From the NCBI GenBank assembly GCA_951406725.2, contig OX597830.1, positions 31,248,001 to 31,312,000 on the forward strand: a DNA stretch of 64,000 nt, given 5' to 3'. The position numbers and the translations under genes are program-made. Each line of letters starts with the position of its first letter. Position 1 is the stretch's first letter. The notes beneath the pieces are model-generated. The model worked only from the letters and a program-made list of their open reading frames with translations, was not told the origin of the DNA and did not search any database. Of this stretch, positions 15,160 to 30,587 are shown one piece after another. The stretch comes from Octopus vulgaris (taxonomy: Eukaryota).

Positions 15160-15790
15160 TTCTACTATAGGCACAAAGTCTGGAATTTGTCGGGAGTGGG
15201 TGAGTCGATTGCATTGACCCCTGTACCTATTTTATCCCACGAAAGGACGAAAGGCAAAGTCAATCACGGCGGGTGAAGACGGACGAAATGCCGCTAAGCA
15301 TTTTGTTCGGCGTGCTAACGATTCTGCCATCTCACAGATGATGGTTTCTGGTTTAGGTACAAGACCAGTGATCCTGGCCGGAGCAGACTAGTGGATACCA
15401 TCGACCCTAGTACTTAAGTAATATTTAAATTTTTGTTGATCACGAAAGGATGAAAAATTAAGTTGGCCATAGAAGGATTTGAACTCGTAGCGACGTTATT
15501 TATAAGGGCATAGTCTATGTGTGTTTGTGTGTTTGTGTGTATGTGAACGAACTGGAATAAATACTACAAGGCATTTTGCCCCGACGATCTTAATTCCTTA
15601 TAACATCGGTGCAAAGCTACAAATTTGTGGAGGAAAGGATGCGGTTAGTCGACTGAATCAACTAGTACTTTATCTATTGACCAGCCACCCCACGCTCCCC
15701 ACCCCCAGAAGGATGAAAGGCGAAGTTGAACGTAAAGAACCGCAGTAAATACCACAAGGTATTTTATTAGCGGCAACAATAACTCTGCTA
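15160..15790 (-). mobile_element. Cluster of ~3 diverged family-B SINE copies
   Basis: Repeated cgaaagga(c/t)gaaa / gaaggatgaaaggc, gacgaaatgccgctaagcattttg and tttctactataggcacaa tail motifs in reverse orientation. Confidence 0.65.
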
Positions 15791-16190
15791 CTTCAAATAA
15801 TAATTTAATTTAAACGTGGGCCCCAAATGGTCAAACGTAACAATTGGGTCTTAACCGATTTAATCGACACACTATCACTTGATTGGTACAAACCCACCTC
15901 ATATTTCTGCAACCCAACTGTATCCGGATGAAACGTTAAGTCATCCCCCGTGGAATATGAACATTAAAGATATTTTCCTGATAAATCTGTGTTTGTCACT
16001 AGAGGTCACGCTAATGAATGTTGAATATTGGCGCAACAAAACTGAAGAACAGGATAAGTCGCTCGACTGAAGTGACTGAGAATGAAATGTGACAGTACAC
16101 AATAAGTTCTTCTGTTTTTTTTTTGGGGTTTTTTTTTTTTATAATGACAGTACAAGAATTATGGAAAATATCGACACAGGAGGCTATTAA

Positions 16191-16619
16191 GGAACTTTTC
16201 GGTTTGAACGGCAGTTTTTTTCTAGCGGTGTCATATGAAATTGTCACCCATAATTATGACCCTAGTATCGATCTATTGCATTTCAATCTGTTTTAGGGTT
16301 AGGGTTAGGGTTAGGGGTGGGGGGAAGGGTATCTTTTTTTCTTCACAAATGTAAATAAACCCAATCTGTTTCTTAAACGAGGGACATATTCATTCGGCAC
16401 AGAATGTTTTTTTTTACCGAAATAGACGTCAGTGATTGGTTGAAATTGCAGAAATTGAAGAAAAAAACAACAACAAATATCTTACAAACTATAGAATTTT
16501 CTCAATAATGCCAAGAGAAAAAGATGTTTTATAAATACATTCTACCAGTATACGAAGTTTAAATTTTTTTAGTTACCTAGAAATTATGTTAAAAACTGCC
16601 GTTCAAACCGAAAAGATCC
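16191..16619. mobile_element. MITE with ~29-bp TIRs, GG...CC ends and 8-bp TSD (Merlin-like); carries (TTAGGG)4
   Basis: Left TIR ggaacttttcggtttgaacggcagttttt; right TIR aaaaactgccgttcaaaccgaaaagatcc. Flanks gctattaa (16183-16190) and gctatgaa (16620-16627). Confidence 0.85.
16293..16316 (+). repeat. Interstitial telomeric repeat (TTAGGG)4
   Basis: ttagggttagggttagggttaggg followed by gtggggggaaggg. Confidence 0.9.
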
Positions 16620-16736
16620 GCTATGAAAAATCAGATGTGGGTGGAAGTCGCCGAAGCTAAATGCAGTGGGTTAGTTAGTTCGGTATCTTTTGCTACCGTA
16701 ATAACAACAACAGCAGAAATACAACAAAAACGATAC

Positions 16737-16807
<71 letters not shown>

Positions 16808-16808
<1 letters not shown>

Positions 16809-17000
16809 TCCTTTCTACTATAGGCACAAAGACTGAAAATTTAAGGAGGGAAGGGAACTAGTCGATTACTTCGACCATAATGATTGACTGGTACTTGATT
16901 TATCGACCCCGAAAAGATGAAAAGCAAAGTTGGTTTCGGCCGGCATTTAAGCTCGGAACATAAAGACGGACGAAATGCTGCCGAGCACTTTGTCCGGCGC
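16808..17000 (-). mobile_element. Family-B SINE with (TTA)n tail
   Basis: ggtacttgatttatcgaccccgaaaagatgaaaagcaaagt...gacgaaatgctgccgagcactttgtccggcg, adjacent to (AAT)n. Confidence 0.7.
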
Positions 17001-17246
17001 TCGATCCAGCCAGTACTTCTTACTTATCGATCCCCAGATGATGAGACCATCATAAGTTAACCCACTGACGGGATTTTGATCATAACCACCACCACCACCC
17101 CTTCACAAAGGGACGTAACTAAAAACCAGTGGTTATTTTTTTCCGGCTATCTAAATCTCACGTGTTTGCAAACTCCATAATTTATTTATTTATTCATTTA
17201 TTTATTGTATTTTATTCATTTTTGTGAAAAGCGGAGAAAGTTATTT

Positions 17247-17686
17247 GGCGATCTTTCGTCTCTAGTAGACCTTTCCGTCGATTTCCGTAAAAAATTTTTT
17301 TTTTTTACATATGGGCTTGCGGGAACTTTTGAAGTAATATACATACATATACACATACACCGAGTAAAAAATTTCAGTTATCTCTTTCTTTCACACATTA
17401 CTCTCTCTGTCTCTTCACACACACTAACAGAAGCACTTCACTTACACAACATACTGTCTGTCTCCCACACCCCATCAAACACACACACACACACACACAC
17501 ACATGTACATCAATGCTTCACATGCACGGTAACTTCAAAAGAACTTCCCTCGTCATACAATCGTTTTCTCTTAGTGTCTTTCGCTCTCATTACTTCAAAA
17601 GTTCCCGCAAGCCCATATGTAAAAAAAAAAAAAAAAATCTTTTTACGGAAATCGACGGAAAGGTCTACTAGAGACGAAAGATTGCC
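17247..17686. mobile_element. MITE with ~90-bp TIRs, GG...CC ends and 8-bp TSD (Merlin-like)
   Basis: 17247-17338 (ggcgatctttcgtctctagtagacc...gaagtaat) is the near-perfect reverse complement of 17589-17686. Flanks agttattt and agttgttt. Confidence 0.9.
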
Positions 17687-17858
17687 AGTTGTTTTAATCG
17701 ATTCCTGTCTTTAACCCTCAACTCTATCTTACTGACGACCCCAGAAAAGTAGATGCAATGCAGAATCGATCCTGTCGGGACTGGAAATCAGTAGGTAAGG
17801 GGACATAACTAAATAATGCATAGCGTTTCGTCCGACAATTTTCCAATTCCGTCAGTCC

Positions 17859-17889
<31 letters not shown>

Positions 17890-18827
17890 GTCATAATAAT
17901 AATAATAAGAAGAAGAATACCGATTCTAGTATAGGCACAAGGCCTGGAATTTAGAGAAGGGAATTCTCTCGTCAGTTATATCGATTCCTGTAACTGCCTG
18001 GTTGGTATTTTATACTATTGGCAACAGGAGGATGAAAAGCAAAGAAAATAGAGGTTCATACGAGTCCAACGTGCTAAAAGTAGTAGGCAAATTTCCCTCG
18101 AATCCAATTATGCTTTAGAGAAAAGATGCAAAAGGTAAAAAAATTTTTTAAAAACGAGAAAGAAAAAGAAAGAAGCAATTCGCAATGACAGACGACACAT
18201 TGGATAATGGAATGTAAACTCGACAGATTGTATGAAAGTCACTACTTCACATACATACATACATACATACATACATACATACATACATACATACATACAT
18301 ACATACATACATACATACATACATACATACATGCATACATACATACATACATAAATACATGCATACATACATGTACATACATAAACATATAAATACATAC
18401 ATACATGTATAGGTACATATATACAAACATGCATACATACACACGCACGTATAAGTATTTTTAAAAAAATATTTTTGTCTCGTTTCAGCTCACAAGCTGT
18501 GGCAATGCTGGGGCACAAAGGTAAATGTATATGCATATATAAAGGTAAATGTATATGTATACATCTACAAACATGCACACACGCATACCACACACACACA
18601 CACACACACACATACACACACGGATACGGGGACACGGACACACACATACGTAGTTAGGGAATTACGAGGTCAGATGTTTCCAGCGAGAGAGAAACTATGG
18701 TTGTTGTGACATTAATGCCTCTCCCATCCTCAGTTGTTAACAAACAGCAACAACAACTATAGCAAGAACAGTAAACACTATCTGCTGATAACAAGACACC
18801 AGTGTGTGTGTGTGCGTATGTGTGTGT

Positions 18828-18860
<33 letters not shown>

Positions 18861-19558
18861 CGTGCGTGCGTGCGTGTGTGTGTGGAAGCTTGGACAAGAC
18901 AAGGGATTCTACGATGACTACATGGTCGTTCTAATGCTAGAAATAGCAACCAAATTTCTCTTTTTCCTCTCCCACACACACACTTTCTCTTCCCTTCTCC
19001 CTCTTTTATTCAAATCCCATAAAAAGACAGAATATCAATATCACCAGCATAGGTCTGCACCCAACCAGTCCTGCCTGGGGGTTAAAAAAAACCGACAAAT
19101 GACAATAGCTACACCAAGAGCGACGAGACAAGCTATGGGTAGGTGACCGAGAGAATTAAGGATGCTCCTAAGGGAGGGAGTTGTTCGGTATCCTAGAAAT
19201 AGCAGTAGAAATCTTCCCTCCAATTACACTCAGCCGTCTTTAAAAGTAAAGATGAGATCGTACAGTCTTGGATACATCATATGTGAAATACAATATACAG
19301 ATACAAAATAAAACAAAATAAAATAGAAGAAATAAATAAAAAGAAGAAAACATAAAAATGACGTGATGATCAATGGAATAATTGTGTTCGATCAGGGCCC
19401 AATTGGGAATAAATTTCGGCGAAGACAGTCCAAGAATTATTAAACTGAAAGGACTCCAATAGATTACTGGTACATTGTATTTCACTGATCCACCATCACC
19501 ACTTGCCTTACAGAGATATTCTAATTAATATATATTTATGTATATAGGAGAACAGGTG

Positions 19559-19613
<55 letters not shown>

Positions 19614-19659
19614 ATTTATGTATGTATATGTGTATATACATATATATGCATACATATAC

Positions 19660-19727
<68 letters not shown>

Positions 19728-20228
19728 TAATATACGCTTGCAAATATTTGTATACAAATACATTTATACAAACATGTGTGTATACACACACAGCGACACG
19801 CACACACGCACACCCATATATGTTTCACGCATGTACACATGTACATCATTGTGTATGTGTGTGTGTGTCTGTGTATACGAATCTATGTGTATACAACAAA
19901 CACACACATACACACACACACGCACATACACATATACATATATACATTTATGTATATACGCACATGTCATTTGAAACGTGAAGGTGCAAGTGTATATAGA
20001 CGATAGCGCTATTAAGAAGCATTTTTAAAGACACATTCTGTGTATATAATTATAATATGTATATAATAATACGTATATAACAATAATATGTATGACATAT
20101 TCTTTTATATATACAAGCACACTCGTTCAGTATAAATAAACAGATATGTGTGTGTGTGTGTACGTGTGTGCGAGTGTGTGTGTGTGTCTGTTTATATATG
20201 TATACACATGTATATGTACGTATGTATG

Positions 20229-20262
<34 letters not shown>

Positions 20263-20446
20263 TGTATGTGTGTATGTATGTGTGTATGCGTGTATGTATG
20301 TATGTATGTATGTATGTATGTGTATATGTATGTATGCTTGTATATGTGTGTGTGTGTGTGTGTGCATGTGTGTGTAATTGTGTATGTATATATGTATACA
20401 TGCATGTATGCATATATGAATAAACACATATATAAATCAAGCGAAT

Positions 20447-20483
<37 letters not shown>

Positions 20484-20991
20484 TGTCGAACGAACGAGTA
20501 GGAAGGAACATTGGACAATAGGGGCCAAAATTTCATCTCAAATCACGCATGCCGAACAATAATTTTCGTTTTGAACTTGAGGGATACTATTATGCATAAT
20601 TTTGTCCTGTACGTACACAAACAGACATACGTACACGAATATGTACATATATACATGCATATATGCATACATATACATACATACCTGCATACATATAGAT
20701 GGATAAGATTGATAGATAAATATATAGATATATTGATATATTTTTACAAACACTTCTATGCACTTCTTTAAATAGATATACCTAGAATATATACATACAT
20801 TCCTATTTGTACACACACACGTGTGTGCGTGTATTTGTGATTATATATATATGTTTGTGTGTGTATATATATATGTGTGTGTGTACATATATATATATAT
20901 GTGTGTGTGTGTGTGATAAATAGATATTCATACACACATACATATATACCTATATGCATTTATATAAATGTATGTACACACCGATACACGT

Positions 20992-21028
<37 letters not shown>

Positions 21029-22031
21029 TGTGTGTATCTATGGATATACTTATGGCCGTAAGAATGTGTATATATATACATGTATATATAAACATATATA
21101 CATAATTGTACATAAATACCTATGTAATATACTTGTAAGCATACATACATACACACATATATACATACATACATACACACTTACATACATATATACACTC
21201 ATATATACATACATACATACATAAATACACACATACATACATACATACACACATACATACATACACTCATACATACACACATACATACATACATACATAC
21301 ATACATACATACATACATACATACATACATACATACATACATACATAGAGTTGTGTGTGTGGAAAATACAAAAAAAAAAAATAAAATAGTTGGTAAAACG
21401 TCTGCAACACACAACGCCACAGATCATATGGTCCACCTTACTCTATAATCATGGACTAACTCGGAACAAACAAACAAACACCATTAACTACAACAACAAT
21501 TAGAAAACAAATTCAATGAAAAGTAACAAGGAGAATATAACTATAAAAATTCAATGAAATAATTCCAACAGAAATGCCGCAAAATCCGGAAAAACAAAAA
21601 TTTCCAACCATGTCGAGAACATGTCATGGAAAAAACATATATATAAGAAGTTCACGTCTTACAAAATATAAAAGCAAGTTTCCATCGTTCTGGTTGCGAT
21701 ACATGGAAATAATTTCAGTGAAATCATCGTGGAATAAAATCCTGTGTTCGACGGTATTTATAATAATAATTCCAGTGGAAAACTCTCTGACATATTTTGT
21801 TTGTTCCGTAAAAGAACCGACAAGGAAAAATGCTTCGACTACAACAGATAAAACCAGCGGAAAACTGTCGTCTGCACAGCCATCAATCTAGATATTACAT
21901 ACACACGCACATACGCACACACAGATACACACAAACACACAGACACACAGATATACACGTTCACACACGCGGACGCACTCACGCGGACGCACTCACGCAC
22001 ACAGACACACACAGACATACACACATACACA

Positions 22032-22086
<55 letters not shown>

Positions 22087-22460
22087 GTATAAGCAGAGGC
22101 AGGAGCGCGCACGCATAGACAGACAAACACACGCACACACACACACACTCACTCACACAAACACATATACGAGCCTACCTACGAACGCTGGTGCGCGTGC
22201 ACGCAGTCACGCACGCACACACACACGCACATACACACATGTACACATACAGAGATAAGCATTCGTACACAAACATAAGCATCCACATAGTCGTGGATAC
22301 ACAGACGCATAGTGATATACAGGCACGTATACACACACACACACACACATACGCACGCGCACACATGGACATGATAAACGCTAGGGAGTGCAGTGCAGAC
22401 AGACGCTAGGGAGGACACACACACACACACACACATACATACACACGACCATACACACAC

Positions 22461-22496
<36 letters not shown>

Positions 22497-22624
22497 ACAC
22501 TCACTCATACAGGCACACACGCGTATATAATGATTCACATATTTTCACACACATATACCAACATTCCCGGACACATACACACACTCAAGACTATAACAGA
22601 CATTCACATACGCCTGCACTAACA

Positions 22625-22691
<67 letters not shown>

Positions 22692-22929
22692 CAAGTGCAA
22701 GCAGACGTAGGAAAATACATATGTAGATATATGGTGCACACACGCATATACAACAGAATGTTTTTTTCTGTTGGATGACTCCATACATTTATGAGCATTC
22801 GTTAATGCATGTCATATATTATATACACATGTATGTGTGTGTATGTGTATACGTGTGTATAAGTCTGTATTATTGCATCTTCAAGTATGTGTGTGTACGT
22901 ATGTACATCTGTATATATGTACATCTATG

Positions 22930-23007
<78 letters not shown>

Positions 23008-23536
23008 TACAGATGTACATATGTACACTCGTACACGCACACATATACATACATACATACATACATACATACATACATACATACATACATGCATACATGC
23101 ATACATACATACATACATACATACATATGACTATGCTTGTCTGCATGTCTTTACACATATCAGTGTGTTTATGTGTATATATTGTATATATATTGTATTG
23201 TATATTATCACGCCTAGCACCATGCGTATATATATATATATATATATATATAACGTATGTAAATGTAAAAGAATGTATGTATAAATAAATACATATAAAT
23301 ATACACACATACATATATACACACACAAACATAGAACTTATATATGTACATGTACATAAATGTACGTCTGTATGTATGTACATATATGTATATATATTTG
23401 TACACAAAACACATGTATATCAATATACAAATGTGTATAATCATGTTTTATAAATACTTGTATACATACATGTGTGTATGTGTGTGCATAAATACATACA
23501 TTCATACATATATACATACATACATACATACATACA

Positions 23537-23570
<34 letters not shown>

Positions 23571-23812
23571 CACGAACATATACGCATATAACATTTTCTT
23601 GATAAGCAATTGTGATCAAATTAATAGGAAAAAGTAACGCGAATTATTTACAAAGGCTAAAGAACTCATCACACGCATTGTGTGTGTGTGTGTGTGTGCG
23701 TATATATATATGTGTGTATGTATATATATATATATATACATACATACACACAAACACAGGAATATATATCTATATATCTATATCTACGTGTGTGTATGTG
23801 TTTGTGCGTGTG

Positions 23813-23892
<80 letters not shown>

Positions 23893-24236
23893 GTATAGAT
23901 AGATAGATACACACACACACGTTCATGTGTATTTACGCCTCTGAAAGTTGCACTTCCGCGAATGCGTGCAGGCATAAATACTTAGATATGTATGTTTGTA
24001 ATGTATATATATATATATATATATGTATGTATATACCCACACACTTACGCACACACTCACTCACACACACACACACGCACACACACACATATTTCTACAC
24101 ACACACAGAGACACACATACGTACGTGCATTGATATACACATACGTATATATGTAAAAATACAGACATACTTATCTCTACATGAGTGTGTGCATGTTCGT
24201 GTAACGGTATGCACATACCCACAGTTACGTATATAT

Positions 24237-24281
<45 letters not shown>

Positions 24282-24711
24282 AATAGCACCACACTCGAAT
24301 ATAACATCGCACACACGCACACACAGTCCATGTGTGTTCGTACGTATATGATCTATATATATACACATATATATATATATATGCATACACACACTTACAC
24401 ACGATCATTTATTATATATATATATATATATGATATATATATATATGTGATCATGTGTATGTATGTGTAATTAAATGAACGACAGGCACGTGGTTGTGTG
24501 CGAAGATTCGTCCACGTATGTCTACGGATAAAATATACATGCATCGCCTTTCAAAGTATTTAACACGCGCGTACGAACTCATGCGTGTGTGCATTTTGCG
24601 TGTGTGCTCGCGTTGGCTTGTGTCTGTGTGTCTGCCTCTCCGTTTCGCTATCCGTGTGGTCGTTGAGGTACATGACGTGTAGATCAGAGGGATACACACA
24701 CACACACACAA

Positions 24712-24765
<54 letters not shown>

Positions 24766-24923
24766 GGAGACAGAGTGAGCCAGGGCCACACGCTCACATA
24801 CATACACACACGCACATACACACACACACGGACACAAATTAACAGAAACTATTGGATTGTCATGATTATATAGATAAAGAGATAGTCATACACAGATATA
24901 TATAGACAGTCAGATAGATAGAC

Positions 24924-25009
<86 letters not shown>

Positions 25010-25039
25010 GTAGATAGATAGATAGATAGATAGACAGAC

Positions 25040-25071
<32 letters not shown>

Positions 25072-25258
25072 GTAATATAAAAGTCCAGGAATTTCCGACA
25101 CCGTGTGCTTGACAGTTGTGCTAGACACACATATTGTTCTATATATGTGTGTGTGTGTGTGTGTGTGTCTGTGTGTGTGTGTACGTATGTATGTATACAT
25201 ATGTATGTATGTATGTATACATATGTATGTATATATATATATATGTATATATATAAAC

Positions 25259-25289
<31 letters not shown>

Positions 25290-25460
25290 ATATATTTATA
25301 TACAAACACACACATACGTGTGTGTGTGTCTATTGATATTATAGGAATATAAATGTATGTATTGCATGTATATATGTATATGTATATATGTATATATATA
25401 TAAATATATATTTGTAAGTACAAATTCTTGAAGATAGTTAAATTGAGATAAATATACATG

Positions 25461-25492
<32 letters not shown>

Positions 25493-25520
25493 CATACATA
25501 CATATACACACATATATATG

Positions 25521-25589
<69 letters not shown>

Positions 25590-26174
25590 GTATATATATT
25601 CATATTTATATATATATATATATATATATTCATATATATATATATGCATGTATATATGTATACATGTATGTATGTGTGTGTGTGTGTTAAACAGCTTTAC
25701 GCCAAAAGCGCCTCAAGGCACACGCAAACACGTATATATATATATAGAGGAAGCAAAAAAAGCTGCTCCAAGCAGTAGGTAAGAAAACAACAACAACAAT
25801 AACTTTGAAAAAATAAAAAGGCAACAAAAAGAAGAAAAAAAAATCAAAACACATGAACAGCAAAATCTATAAATAAGAGGGTGGTAGGAAATCTGAGGTG
25901 TACACAAACACGTCCGTGCAGATTTATACTGCAAACACACATACTCACACACATACACACACATAGACACACGCACGCACGTACATATATATATATATAA
26001 CATGATATAGAATCCATATCTATAATTATAGATAGATTGGTAGATAAACAGATCTGGATGTAGATTGTATATGCGTCCATACAGGCTCACGGTCATATGT
26101 AACGAACATATATATATATATTACGTACAAGTGTATATAGTTACGTATATCCATATATCTATATATGTATGTAG

Positions 26175-26213
<39 letters not shown>

Positions 26214-26294
26214 TGTATACATGTTTATATTTTACATGACGTTCTCAATACGGGCTTGCAATATACACCACATGGACCAGACACCCAAATGCAA

Positions 26295-26353
<59 letters not shown>

Positions 26354-26551
26354 GACACATACACACCCACACACTCACACACACACACACACACACAACA
26401 TACACACAGGCAACACCAAAACACAATCAAACACGTATACACACTCACCTATATACATACATATATATATATATATATATATGTATAGATAAATAGATAG
26501 ATAGATAGATAGATATGTGTGTGTGTGTGTTTGTGTATGTGTGTATGTATA

Positions 26552-26608
<57 letters not shown>

Positions 26609-27907
26609 ATATATTGTACGTGGACGTTGTGCGCACATAAAACAACAGCCTAAGAGAGCAAGAGAAGTGATAAAACGGCATTAACACATGAAGAAGACTG
26701 AACAGCAAGCAGCATAAAGTAATATATGAATGTAACTTGCCTCATCAACACGACCAAAATACCGAATGAGACGAACAAAAAACAACAAAAAGACTACACA
26801 CACACACACGCACACACAAACACACACACGCGCACGCACGCCTGTGCATATATATATATATATATATGTTCATATACAACATACACACAGACACACAAAT
26901 TATTATAGGCGCGCACTTTCATACGCGCTTTTATAACAAACACGAGCACACGGACACACAAACAACACGCAAGGCACCGCTGCGCCACCGCCACCTTGTA
27001 CACACACACACACACACACACACATACACACGCACACATACACACATACACACACATATATATATGATCACGCGCGCGCGCACATATACACATAAGTATA
27101 TATATATATATATATATGCATACGCTGTTAATTTACATACATTCGTACGTTTGCATTCAGAAATAAATATACGTATAGACATACATACATATGTAAAAAT
27201 AAAAAGGGACACACACACACACACGTACATACATACATACATACATACATACATACATACATACATACATACATACGTACACACGTACGTACATGTATTT
27301 AAAATCACACGCAGATAATAACTAGAACGTTATAAACAGATACACGCACATACATACACAGTAGCTCATTAGAAGATGTCTTGTAAAAAGAAGTGGAGGA
27401 GAGTTGAGAAGATGCAGTGAGATTGGTTGATCGTTTAAAAGGCAGATATTGAGTGGTGGAGGTGATGGTGGTGGAGGTGGTGGTGGTGGTGGTGGTGGTT
27501 GCGGAGGTTATATTGGCGATGTTCATGGTGATTATGATTGTGGTGGTGGTGGTGGCGTTGTGTTCGTGACGATTAAAGCGGCGGAGGTGACGTCGATAAG
27601 ACTTGGGTGGCGGCAGCAGTGGCGGTATTTATAGTGACGATGGCGCTGCTGTTTACGGTGGTTGTAACAACGGTTGTGGTGGCGATGGGGGGAAGGGGGG
27701 GGAATTATGAAAGCGGTGATGGTGGTGGTGGCGATGAAGGTGGTGTTGGTGTTGGTGTTGGTGTTGGCGGAGATTATAGTTGTGATAGAGTTGGGAAGGA
27801 TCAGAGTTCAGAGAGAGAGAGAGAGAGGGTGAAAGCAAGAGGGTAAAAGAATCACAGAAAGAGAGACGGACAAACAGTGAAACGGTGAGAGATTGTGATA
27901 GTGTGTA

Positions 27908-27952
<45 letters not shown>

Positions 27953-28201
27953 AAGAAAGAAATACGGATATACGGATATCTGCATGCAGACATTCATATA
28001 TACATACATGCATACATACACACACACACACATATATATACATATATACACACACGCACACACCTATTAATAAATATACATATGGATGCATATATACTTT
28101 GTGTAATATTTAATCAGCAGAAAGTTACAAAAGTGACTCAGTGACCAGGAGTTTCGTGTATTACCTTTATCAAACACACGCACACACTCGTCACTTTATA
28201 C

Positions 28202-28256
<55 letters not shown>

Positions 28257-28281
28257 CATACATACATACATACATACATAA

Positions 28282-28361
<80 letters not shown>

Positions 28362-28399
28362 CAGTGTCTGCGCGTGCACGTATGGGGGTACGGGCAAAA

Positions 28400-28937
28400 C
28401 AGAAGTGAGATAGAGAGAAGGGGGAGAGACAGGGGTGGGTGGGAATAATATGGGGGGGAGAGAGACAGAGATTCAGAAAAAGAGAAAGAAAGAAAATGAG
28501 AGAGAGAGAGATATATAAAAACGAGCGAGACGATGTGCCTGTCAATAAGAGAGAGAGAGAGAGAGGAGAGGTGGGAGAGAGAGAGAGAGAGAGAAATAAA
28601 GATTGAGATATAAAGACATTATAATAGATGTTATAAGTTAATAGAAAAAGGAGGGTACACTCTCGCGCGCGCACTTAAACACACACACACACACTTGTTA
28701 TAGGCAAGATCACGAAAGAGGTGGAGAGAAAATTTACAGAGAAAGACTGTTAAATGAAGAGAGAAACAGAGAGAGATTGAAGGGGGAGAGAGAGAGAGAG
28801 AGAGAGAGGTAGAGATTGAAAGAGACAAAGAGAGAGAGAGGGAGAGTGAGGGAGGGAGGAAGGGAGAGAGAGAGTGAGATAGCAAGGGGAGAGAGAGTGG
28901 TGGAGGAGAGACTAGAAATGGATGCGTGAGGAAGTGT

Positions 28938-28969
<32 letters not shown>

Positions 28970-29030
28970 CATAAGGGGAAAAAAGTGTGAGAGTAAGAAC
29001 GAGGGGGAAGGGGGGCGAAGATTGAAAAGT
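28400..29030. repeat. Strand-asymmetric polypurine (GA)n-rich tract
   Basis: About 600 bp that is mostly A/G on the + strand, with G-runs. Confidence 0.85.
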
Positions 29031-29318
29031 CACGTGTACTCATGACGAAATTTGGCGAAAAAATGGGCAGTTTTAACGTGAATAAATTAGAAGCACACAC
29101 GCAAACATGGATTACATACATAGATAAATACCTACATACATACATACATACATACATTCATACATACATACATACATACATTCATACATACATACATACA
29201 TACATATATACATACATACTTACGAACATACATACAGATTGACATGTACAGAAATAAATACACAAACAAACATACATATGGTGATACTCAGACACACACG
29301 TACATATTTCGATACACA

Positions 29319-29367
<49 letters not shown>

Positions 29368-29507
29368 TCATACACACGTTCACACACATGCACAAAAAGA
29401 AACACACACACAAACAACTGCTCCATCAAACAAACAAGGTATTACACCTTCACCGGTAAACACAAAAGAAGGGTGGAGCATACATATATATATATAAATA
29501 TCTATAT

Positions 29508-29570
<63 letters not shown>

Positions 29571-29597
29571 TATACATATATACATATATATACACAC

Positions 29598-29656
<59 letters not shown>

Positions 29657-29767
29657 CACAGATGCGAAAGTACTTGTACACAATTATATAACAAATAAGT
29701 CGGGGGAATATACGCTAAATTTCTATTACTATGTACCTATCTACTATCTCACTTTATATGTGCATGG

Positions 29768-29804
<37 letters not shown>

Positions 29805-29854
29805 AACACACGCACGCACAAACATATACGTATGTATGTATATTATACACCTGG

Positions 29855-29985
29855 AGAGCGTGGTCCCGTGGTTATGAAACCGCTCGTGCGATCGTAAGAT
29901 CATGGTTTCCATTCCCCAAACCGGGGCTGCGCTGTGTTCTTGAGCAAAAATCATCATTTCACATTGCTCCAGTCCAGCCAGCTCT
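29855..29985 (+). mobile_element. Family-C SINE 5' fragment
   Basis: gcgtggtcccgtggtta...cgatcgtaagatcatggtttccattccc...gtgttcttgagcaa...ttcacattgctccagtcca; similar to 48052-48170. Confidence 0.65.
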
Positions 29986-30104
29986 AAATATAAATATACA
30001 TACATGTATGTCTTGTGGGAGGGTCGTTGTGCCAGTAATGTAAGTGTGTGTGTGTGTGTATATATATATATATCAATATATATATCAATATATATATATA
30101 TATA

Positions 30105-30506
30105 GGCGCAGGAGTGGCTGCGTGGTAAGTAGTTTGCTTACTAACCACATGTTTTCAGGTTCAGTCCCACTGCGTGGCATCTTGGGCAAGTGTCTTCTGC
30201 TATAGCCTCGGGCCGACCAAGAGTTGATTTGGTAGAAGGAAACTGAAAGAAGCCTGTCGTATATATGTATATATATATATATGTGTGTGTATGTGTTTGT
30301 GTGTCTGTGTTTGTCCCCCTAGCATTGCTTGACAACCGATGCTGGTGTGTTTACGTCCCCGTAACCTAGCGGTTCGGGAAAAGAGACCGATAGAATAAAT
30401 ACTAGTCTTACAAAGAATAAGTCCCGGGGTCGATTTGCTCGACTAAAGGCGGTGCTCCAGCATGGCCGCAGTCAAATGACTGAAACAAGTAAAAGAGTAA
30501 AAGAGA

Positions 30507-30508
<2 letters not shown>
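30105..30508 (+). mobile_element. Full-length family-A tRNA-derived SINE (CORE-like central part, internal microsatellite)
   Basis: A-box-like gtggctgcgtggt, B-box-like ggttcagtccca, gtggcatcttgggcaagtg core, internal (TA)/(TG), 3' tail aagtaaaagagtaaaagag. Several homologues in the window; flanked by (TA)n. Confidence 0.9.

Positions 30509-30587
<79 letters not shown>

Noticed and set aside
17732-17750. CTGACGA-cccca-GAAA
   Set aside because: No stem II; explained as a decayed family-B SINE motif (atcgaccccgaaagg).
21360-21891. 105-aa ORF or miRNA hairpin in a unique island
   Set aside because: No recognisable protein family, and no conserved mature miRNA or long clean hairpin seen by eye.
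27305-27846. Poly-Gly/Thr/His ORFs as a low-complexity protein exon
   Set aside because: Frames are short and broken by stops in a (GGT)n-derived tract; no recognisable domain or clear splice sites.
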